Assembly: GCA_963666275.2 (NCBI GenBank)
Contig: CAXXOA010000001.1
Coordinates: 224,001-288,000 of the forward strand
Direction of reading: 5' to 3'
DNA from: Oceanispirochaeta sp.
GTDB taxonomy: Bacteria; Spirochaetota; Spirochaetia; DSM-2461
DNA: 64,000 bases
Under the pieces are notes generated by a model. That model worked only from the letters and a program-made list of their open reading frames with translations, was not told the origin of the DNA and ran no database searches. Positions 57,703 through 64,000 of this stretch are shown here, piece by piece (position 1 is the first letter of the stretch; every line of letters starts with the position of its first letter). The position numbers were made by a program, and so were the translations under genes.

Positions 57703-58909
57703 TTCTGCTTTTGAGTATAAGAGGAAGCAGAACGGCCTGAAATCCCAGGACAGGAAGGAATATGAGGAATGTTCTCAGATTATCCTGTCTGAGGGAGGGC
57801 AGGAAATTCACCGCGGAAGTGAAAAGCAGGACCCCCAGCTGGATCTGCCAGAACCGGATCATCACTTTTTTGCGTTTCTGCTGATCCGCCCGGGGGTAGA
57901 GGAATATAAAAAGCAGATAAAGAGGATGGATCAGGAAGGCATTGATATTCTCATGGGCTACCAGATGGTTGGAGAAGAAGGCCAGGAAGTAGAGAAGACA
58001 TCCCGCCAGTCCCAGCGCCAGAAACAGCGTTTTCAGTACAAACCGGCTGAATCGTCTTAGATGGCGGGTGGAGGTAAGGGATCCGGTTTGCAGGAGCAGC
58101 AGGACAAATCCTGCAATCAGGCCGAGCAGAAGGGCCTGATTGCTGTTGGTCGGGGCTCTTTCCGGTATGGACTGGCGGCCTTCCGCCTTTATTCGGTATT
58201 CCGTATTCAGTACAAGGGGCTGTGTCCCTTCCGGGGTACTTATCTGCAGATAGGAGACCTGTTTCATCAGTTCATCCGGCAGGAACATGGTATCCCACTC
58301 GGTAATATCCCTGTCTATGCTCCGGCCCTGGAGAAAAGAAAGGAGCCAGTCTCCCCAGAAACTGTGGCTGCTGTAGCGGCGGAAGCTCTCTCTGAAACTG
58401 GTCACCCCTGAGATCTCTGTGGCTTCCCGGAGCTGCCCGTCTACGGCTTCATCTATGAGATCCCGGATTCTGGTGGAACAGTTGTCCAGATAGTGATGAT
58501 AGAGGTAGGTGTTGTTCCCCGGCTGAACCTTCCACTGCAGATACTCTGCCATAGCGGCAATCTTTTCATCACTCAGATTCAGGGTCTGAATCGTCACATC
58601 CCTGTTCTCCCGGACGATATAGTTCATATAGGCTCTGGCTGATACCCCTACGGAAGAGTATACAAGCCGTCCCATGGCAAAGTTGCGGTAGAAATGGTCC
58701 GCTTCAAATGAGAAATTTCCGAAATCATAGAAAACCGCCCGGCCGGTTTGAGTATTTTCCAGGATCAGCCCCGTATGGCCGAACCAGACGTACAGGGGAT
58801 CTCCCGGACCGACCGTAACAAGGGAACAGTTCCAGATCTTTTCCTCTGAAGAACCAAAGGCTGGAAAGAGAAGTAAAATCATAAAGAGAGCCAACAGCAG
58901 TTTTTTCAC
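57620..58909 (-). CDS. DUF4105 / Lnb-like (lipoprotein N-acyltransferase-like) membrane protein
   Basis: Signal peptide, GPGDPLYVWFGH, YDFGNF, YLYHHYLDNCSTRIRD, FLPDEL and C-terminal TM helices. Confidence 0.8.
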   Translation of the reverse strand: MKKLLLALFMILLLFPAFGSSEEKIWNCSLVTVGPGDPLYVWFGHTGLILENTQTGRAVFYDFGNFSFEADHFYRNFAMGRLVYSSVGVSARAYMNYIVRENRDVTIQTLNLSDEKIAAMAEYLQWKVQPGNNTYLYHHYLDNCSTRIRDLIDEAVDGQLREATEISGVTSFRESFRRYSSHSFWGDWLLSFLQGRSIDRDITEWDTMFLPDELMKQVSYLQISTPEGTQPLVLNTEYRIKAEGRQSIPERAPTNSNQALLLGLIAGFVLLLLQTGSLTSTRHLRRFSRFVLKTLFLALGLAGCLLYFLAFFSNHLVAHENINAFLIHPLYLLFIFLYPRADQQKRKKVMIRFWQIQLGVLLFTSAVNFLPSLRQDNLRTFLIFLPVLGFQAVLLPLILKSRITGAARSGGLLNRATALQPNQDDPDEP

Positions 58910-59063
58910 CGGAAAAAGTACCTCCAGGTATCAAATCGGAAAAGTTTCAGGATAATATTAATTGATGAGGGTTAATTTTTCTACCCTATTGATTTTTTCT
59001 ATTTATCTCTGGTAAAGATTTATGTTAGAATAAGCCTCAATAAAAAGGCATAAGGAGCAATTT

Positions 59064-59249
59064 ATGGCTGAAAAAGAAACCCTGGTAGTATCTTCCAAGG
59101 TTAAGAATTACATCAAAACCACTGGAGATCTGAAATGTTCTGCTAAAGTTATTGATGTTCTTTCTGACAAGATCCGCGAAATGTGTGACGCTGCTGTCGA
59201 AAATGCAAAGAATGATAAAAGGAAAACCGTACAGGAAAAGGATTTCTAA
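59064..59249 (+). CDS. Bacterial histone-fold protein (short alpha3 type, Leptospira HLp / face-to-face-like)
   Basis: 61 aa MAEKETLVVSSKVKNYIK...LSDKIREMCDAAVENAKNDKRKTVQEKDF with the RKTVxxxD histone-fold signature; SD AAGGAG; own terminator. Confidence 0.85.
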   Translation: MAEKETLVVSSKVKNYIKTTGDLKCSAKVIDVLSDKIREMCDAAVENAKNDKRKTVQEKDF

Positions 59250-59278
59250 TTTGCATTAGAAGCTGTAAAAAATGTATC

Positions 59279-59312
59279 AGGCCGCCCTTGTTGTAAAGGG
59301 TGGCTTTTTTTT
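59279..59312 (+). terminator. Rho-independent terminator after the histone gene
   Basis: AGGCCGCCCTT ... AAGGGTGGCTT followed by a T-run. Confidence 0.8.
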
Positions 59313-59761
59313 GCCCTGATTATTACAGCTTCGGGAGATATGAGCGCGATTGCCTCTCCATATATTAAAATTGTAATTCATCTTTTTCTAGTTCAATTCT
59401 ACATCATCCTAATAAATCATTTATTTCTTACCTTTGAAGTACTGTTGTATTTCTGCAAGTTAATTTTTTTATGAATAGGAATCAAACATACAATGAGAAA
59501 TACAGAATCCCCTCTTCCAGAATGGAACATTGGGATTATTCCTCTCCGGCAGCCTACTTTATAACCATATGCACTAATAACCGTTCCCATTTTATGGGGC
59601 AGGTCTGCAAGAGGAAAATGCAATTGTCTGAGATCGGAAAAATGGCCTATAACAATTGGAAGAATATACCTCAACAGTTTCCCGTTATTGTACTCGATGA
59701 ATTTATCATAATGCCGGATCATATCCATGGTATAATCCGCATCCCCCACCCAAAAAACAGG

Positions 59762-59878
59762 AATGGTAAAACCTCTGGTGATGGTAAAACACAGGGTGAT
59801 GGTAATAAACAGGGTGATGGTAATAAACAGGGTGATGGTAATAAACAGGGTGATGGTAATAAACAGGGTGATGGTAAA
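59762..59878 (+). repeat. In-frame 18-bp tandem repeat (GATGGTAATAAACAGGGT) encoding DGNKQG
   Basis: Four identical units (59798-59869), two degenerate units before them and a half unit after. Confidence 0.95.
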
Positions 59879-59901
59879 GACGCGATTAATCGCGTCTCTA
59901 C
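59874..59901. repeat. GTAG-family REP palindrome inside the RAYT CDS
   Basis: GTAAAGACGCGATTAATCGCGTCTCTAC; 28-bp palindrome with one mismatch. Confidence 0.85.
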
Positions 59902-60206
59902 GGTGGATCAAACCAATACGGATGCAACCTGTCTCTCTGTAACGGCAATTATAAAACCTGTGGATGGACATATCGCTAATACCGGAACTGGTGGTGTAAC
60001 CGGTTCGTATAATCCAATGATAAATCAGAATATTTCCAGGATTATCAGATGGTACAAGGGCAGGACTACATTTGAATGCCGAAAAATCAATAAAAACTTC
60101 GGCTGGCAGGAACGCTATTATGACCACATAGTCAGATCAGATATATCCCTATACAGGATCAGGCAGTATATCAGAAACAACCCGGCAAAATGGCTATCAT
60201 AATCAA

Positions 60207-60252
60207 TATATCCGGGTAGGGACGCGAATAATCGCGTCTCTATCCGGATATA
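60207..60252. repeat. Second REP palindrome with extended arms just after the RAYT stop
   Basis: TATATCCGG-GTAGGGACGCGAATAATCGCGTCTCTAT-CCGGATATA. Confidence 0.85.
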
Positions 60253-60404
60253 ATCAACGACATAACCACGGATATTTTCTATATATCCAATGGTTTTATG
60301 GATATAACAACCCCTTCCTAAGGTATGACCTTTCAGCTCTTTACTGGACAAATAGAATCACCCGCCGGATAATTTAATCAAAAGTTTATTTCAGGGGTAA
60401 TCAG

Positions 60405-62543
60405 ATGAGTCAATCCATACAGAGATCTGTCAGAAGAAAAGATGCCGTTGACAAGGCATCAGGAAGAATGAACTATCTGGCCGATCAGTTCCCTGTTTCC
60501 CCTTTGTATGGGCGGTTTTATTATTCTACCGTCGCCAGGGGACGGATAAAAAAGGTAAGCCTTCCGGATATTCCCGAAGGATACAGCATTTTCGGTGCAA
60601 AGGATGTGCCTGGTGAAAATGCCATTAATATGATTAAAAAGGATTGGCCTGTTTTTGCAGATACTGAAGTCCGCTATATCGGTCAGATCATTTTTATGAT
60701 CGTAGGACCTGAAAAGGACAGGATTCTGGAACTCCGGGATGCTATCCGGGTTGAGTATGAAGAATTGACTCCCTGCTATACCCTGGAGGATTCTGAAAAC
60801 CTTCTGGGCGGGGCTCAGCATGAAGACAATAATGTTTTTACCGAATACAGGATCAGTTACGGAAATACGGAAGATGTTTTTTCCCGGGCTCACAGGGTTC
60901 TGGATAATCAGTACTATACGGGGTATCAGGAGCATGTCTACCTGGAGCCCCAGAGCCTGTTCGCCCACTGGGAGGATAACTCGGTGGTCGTTCATGCTTC
61001 CGCCCAGTGTCCCTACTATATCCGGCACAGCATGACAAGCGCTCTGGGACTGGATGAGGAACAGGTCAGGATTATCCAGACTCCTACAGGAGGCGCCTTC
61101 GGAGGAAAAGAACACTTCCCCGACGTTCTCGCCTGCCCCCTGGGGGTGGCTGTGTATCATCTGAAACAGCCTGTTCTTGTGGTTCTGGACAGAAAGGAAG
61201 ACCTGGCCTATTCGGTAAAAAGGCATCCCAGTATCACCCATATCAGGACCGCTCTGGACAGGGACGGGAATATCCTGGCCCATGATATTGATCTGAAACT
61301 GGACGGCGGCGCTTTTGAAAGCTGCAGTATGGTTGTGCTGCAGCGGGCTGTTTTTTCGGTTCCCAATGTGTACAACATCCCCCATGTGAGAATCCGGGGA
61401 AGAGCATTCTGTACCAATAAGCCCGCCTCCGATGCTTTCAGAGGATTCGGGGCACCTCAGGCTATCTTTGCCATGGAGTCCCATATGAACTATCTGGCTG
61501 CGGAACTGGGAAAGGATCCTCTCTCTTTCAGACAGGAGTATCTTCTGAAACAGGGGGATCCCACCGTCACAGAGGGGCGGATCCATGAAAACGTCATGCT
61601 TCCTGAAATGACGGAAAGAGTCATGGCAATGTCCGGTTACAGAGAAAAATACGAAGCCTACAAGAGCGAGCCCTATAAGGGAATCGGTCTGTCCTATTTT
61701 ACCCACGGATGCGGATTTACAGGAAGCGGTGAACGGGATCTTATCAAGGCCCGGGTAAAGCTTGTTAAAACAGCGGATGACAGAATAGAAGTTTCAGGGT
61801 CCAACGTTGAGATGGGACAGGGCTTGATTACCACGTTCTGCAAGATCGCTGCCGAAGCGGCGGGAGTGGAACTGGACAGGGTGGAATACATGACTCCCGA
61901 TACGGCTCTGGTACCTGATTCGGGGCCTACTGTGGCATCCCGGTCCATTGCCGTGGTGGGATATCTTATCAAAAAAGCCGCGGAAGAGCTTAAAAGGAAC
62001 TGGAAATCCGGAGAAGAACAGACTGTCTATCAGGATTATACTCCCCCCTCCAATCAGGTTCCCTGGGACGGGGTGGCTCTCAAGGGAGACGCCTATCCGG
62101 CCTACAGCTGGGGAGTCAATGTGATTGAAGTCGAGGTGGATCCCCTGACATTCGAAATAGAAACCACCGGGATATGGGGTGTCTACGATGTGGGTGTTCC
62201 CATAGACAGGAAGATTGTGGAAGGCCAGATAGAAGGCGGTATGATTCAGGCCCTGGGTTATGCCAACCTGGAGAAGCTGGAAGTCAAAGACGGCCGGTTC
62301 CGGCAGGCCACCCTGGCGGACTATATTATTCCCACCAGTATGGATTTTCCGTCCATGGAAAGCGATATCCAGGAGAATCCCTACGAATATGGTCCTTTCG
62401 GAGCAAAAGGGGCGGGAGAGATGGTCTTTGACGGGGCCGCCCCGGCCTATACGGCGGCAGTGTCTCAGGCTGTGGATAGAGTGATTGATGAAATACCGGT
62501 TCTGCCGGAAACCCTTATGGAGTTGACAGATGAAGGAAGGTAA
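60405..62543 (+). CDS. Xanthine dehydrogenase family molybdopterin-binding subunit
   Basis: QEHVYLEP, GGAFGGKE, AFRGFGAPQ, VEMGQG, SGPTVASR, GQIEGG, GAKGAGE. Confidence 0.93.
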   Translation: MSQSIQRSVRRKDAVDKASGRMNYLADQFPVSPLYGRFYYSTVARGRIKKVSLPDIPEGYSIFGAKDVPGENAINMIKKDWPVFADTEVRYIGQIIFMIVGPEKDRILELRDAIRVEYEELTPCYTLEDSENLLGGAQHEDNNVFTEYRISYGNTEDVFSRAHRVLDNQYYTGYQEHVYLEPQSLFAHWEDNSVVVHASAQCPYYIRHSMTSALGLDEEQVRIIQTPTGGAFGGKEHFPDVLACPLGVAVYHLKQPVLVVLDRKEDLAYSVKRHPSITHIRTALDRDGNILAHDIDLKLDGGAFESCSMVVLQRAVFSVPNVYNIPHVRIRGRAFCTNKPASDAFRGFGAPQAIFAMESHMNYLAAELGKDPLSFRQEYLLKQGDPTVTEGRIHENVMLPEMTERVMAMSGYREKYEAYKSEPYKGIGLSYFTHGCGFTGSGERDLIKARVKLVKTADDRIEVSGSNVEMGQGLITTFCKIAAEAAGVELDRVEYMTPDTALVPDSGPTVASRSIAVVGYLIKKAAEELKRNWKSGEEQTVYQDYTPPSNQVPWDGVALKGDAYPAYSWGVNVIEVEVDPLTFEIETTGIWGVYDVGVPIDRKIVEGQIEGGMIQALGYANLEKLEVKDGRFRQATLADYIIPTSMDFPSMESDIQENPYEYGPFGAKGAGEMVFDGAAPAYTAAVSQAVDRVIDEIPVLPETLMELTDEGR

Positions 62544-63009
62544 TATTGTTTTCCGGTTGAACGGGAAAGAGACTGTGTATGACGGGTCTCCTTTGAAAAG
62601 ACTGCTGGATGTTCTCCGGGAGGACTTTGAGATGACCGGAGCCAAAGAGGGCTGCGGAGAAGGGGAGTGCGGCGCCTGCAGTGTCCTTCTGGACGGAAAG
62701 CTTGTGAACAGCTGTCTTGTTCCCATGGGACAGCTTCCCGGCCGTGAGGTTACCACGATTGAAAGCCTGAGAGAGACCGATCAGGGGAAATGCATCATCG
62801 ATGCCTTTGCCGATGCCGGGGCGGTACAGTGCGGATTCTGTACTCCCGGAATGGTCATGGCCTCCCAGGTGATCCTTCTTGAAAATCCTGATCCTGATGA
62901 ACAGGAGATCCGGAAGGGCCTGTCGGGAAATCTCTGCCGCTGTACAGGTTACGATATGATTGTCGAGGCCGTCAGAATGGCTTCGGAAAGGGGGAAGGGG
63001 TTATGGTAG
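62530..63009 (+). CDS. Xanthine dehydrogenase family 2x[2Fe-2S] subunit
   Basis: KEGCGEGECGAC, NSC, QCGFCTPG, GNLCRCTGY. Confidence 0.95.
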   Translation: MKEGNIVFRLNGKETVYDGSPLKRLLDVLREDFEMTGAKEGCGEGECGACSVLLDGKLVNSCLVPMGQLPGREVTTIESLRETDQGKCIIDAFADAGAVQCGFCTPGMVMASQVILLENPDPDEQEIRKGLSGNLCRCTGYDMIVEAVRMASERGKGLW

Positions 63010-63866
63010 GCTTTTATTATCCCGAAACCCTCTCGGAAGCTCTGGATCTCCGCAGAGATACCCGGGTTCTTCCCCTGGCGGGAGGAACGGATCTGATGGT
63101 CCGCTATGAAAACTGGAGCAGTCTTCCTCCCCGGTTTCCGGGACATATTATGGGGATTTCCCAGCTGAAAGAGCTGAAATATCTGCGGAAAGAAGACTCT
63201 TTTCTGGCCATCGGTGCCGGAATGACTCTGGGGGAGATTCTGAAGGATCCACTTGTCCCGGATCTTCTTAAATCCGCAGTGAACGAGATCGCCGCCCCGG
63301 CCATACGGAACCTGGCGACCCTGGCCGGCAATATTGCCAACTCTTCTCCGGCGGCGGATTCCCTGCCTCCTCTGGTAGTGGCCGACAGCTCGGTAAGGTT
63401 GGTCTCCTCTATGGGAACAAGGGTGGTAAAACTGAGTGAGTTTATCACTGGTCCAGGAAAGAATGTCCTTGCAGTTGATGAGCTGATCGATGCGGTTCTG
63501 ATTCCGCTGGAATTCATTGAAAAGGAAAAAGAGGGGCGCGGCTTCTACCGTAAAGTCGGTACAAGAAAAGCAAACGCCCTTTCCAAACTCTCCTACAGCG
63601 GCTGGGCAAAGGTTTCGGGAGATCATCTGGATGAGATTCGCCTCTGTGCGGGAGGTGTCGCTCCTGTGGTGGTCCGTCTGCCACTGGCGGAGTCGTCCAT
63701 GGCAGGACATTCCCTGAAGGAACTGAGTGAACTGTGGCAGTCCGTGCGGGGAGCCTATGAGAGCAGAATCACTCCCATCGATGATCAGAGGTCAACAGCG
63801 GCCTATAGAAAGCGGACTGCTCTGAAACTGCTGGATCATATGATCGATCAGCTCTCCTCTTCGTAA
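63003..63866 (+). CDS. Xanthine dehydrogenase family FAD-binding subunit
   Basis: LAGGTDL, IRNLATLAGNIANSSPAAD, PIDDQRSTAAYR. Confidence 0.93.
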   Translation: MVGFYYPETLSEALDLRRDTRVLPLAGGTDLMVRYENWSSLPPRFPGHIMGISQLKELKYLRKEDSFLAIGAGMTLGEILKDPLVPDLLKSAVNEIAAPAIRNLATLAGNIANSSPAADSLPPLVVADSSVRLVSSMGTRVVKLSEFITGPGKNVLAVDELIDAVLIPLEFIEKEKEGRGFYRKVGTRKANALSKLSYSGWAKVSGDHLDEIRLCAGGVAPVVVRLPLAESSMAGHSLKELSELWQSVRGAYESRITPIDDQRSTAAYRKRTALKLLDHMIDQLSSS

Positions 63867-64000
63867 GCCAGAGCCTGGGCCAGCTGGTCCGGGCAGGAGG
63901 TTTCCTTTCCATAACAGCGGATTCCCGAGAATCTGCTTATAACTTCCTGACGGTTCATACCGGTTACAAGTGTTTTTATGCCAATAAGATTTCCAGGGCA
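63848..64000 (-). CDS. TSCPD-domain (TIGR03905-like) protein, 5' part outside the window
   Basis: Minus strand reads CPGNLIGIKTLVTGMNRQEVISRFSGIRCYGKETSCPDQLAQALAYEEES*; not in the ORF track. Confidence 0.85.
   Translation of the reverse strand, partial: CPGNLIGIKTLVTGMNRQEVISRFSGIRCYGKETSCPDQLAQALAYEEES

Larger units (their letters stand above)
59471..60202 (+). mobile_element. REP-associated tyrosine transposase (RAYT, IS200/Y1 HUH superfamily)
   Basis: WDYS..AAYFITICT, HUH motif MPDHIHGII, WQERYYDHIVR, catalytic IRQYIRNNP; REP palindromes inside and downstream. Confidence 0.88.

Noticed and set aside
59762..59878. Tandem repeats as a possible CRISPR array
   Set aside because: Units are contiguous 18-mers with no unique spacers, lie in frame in a CDS, and no cas genes are present.
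60405..63866. Selenocysteine or unusual recoding in the XDH-family operon
   Set aside because: All three ORFs are uninterrupted with standard motifs; the substrate cannot be assigned from sequence alone.

Overview
64 kb of a bacterial chromosome, most likely a free-living, anaerobic, salt-adapted spirochaete (Spirochaetaceae-like). This is inferred from the style of the MCP, RecJ, bS21 and ABC binding protein and from the ectoine operon; it was not tested. Left to right: (1) an operon for a CoA-acylating aldehyde dehydrogenase, a divergent ADP-forming acyl-CoA ligase (SucCD-like) and a LarA-family racemase; (2) a small AraC/oxidoreductase/TIM-barrel sugar islet lying between an intact yfcC and a decayed second copy of the yfcC 3' end; (3) a ~24 kb inositol/sugar catabolic region (13-37 kb) with three IolG-like dehydrogenases, IolH-, IolI- and Hyi-like TIM barrels, a sugar ABC transporter, two UroD/MtaA-fold proteins, three ROK regulators, LacI and DeoR-like regulators, and a shared operator abutting the -35 boxes; (4) core genes: a degenerate sensor kinase, lon, recO, an MCP split by one in-frame TAG, thpR, pdp, recJ, an M23 peptidase and rpsU (absent from the ORF track because it appears to start at ATC); (5) ectABC-ask with an EctR-like operator; (6) rhodanese, M16C peptidase and Lnb/DUF4105; (7) a stand-alone 61-aa bacterial histone gene; (8) a REP-associated tyrosine transposase carrying a REP palindrome and a tandem repeat inside its own CDS; (9) a xanthine-dehydrogenase-family three-gene operon and a partial TSCPD gene. 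I saw no rRNA, tRNA or CRISPR array. All family calls come from motif recognition by eye; no searches were run.
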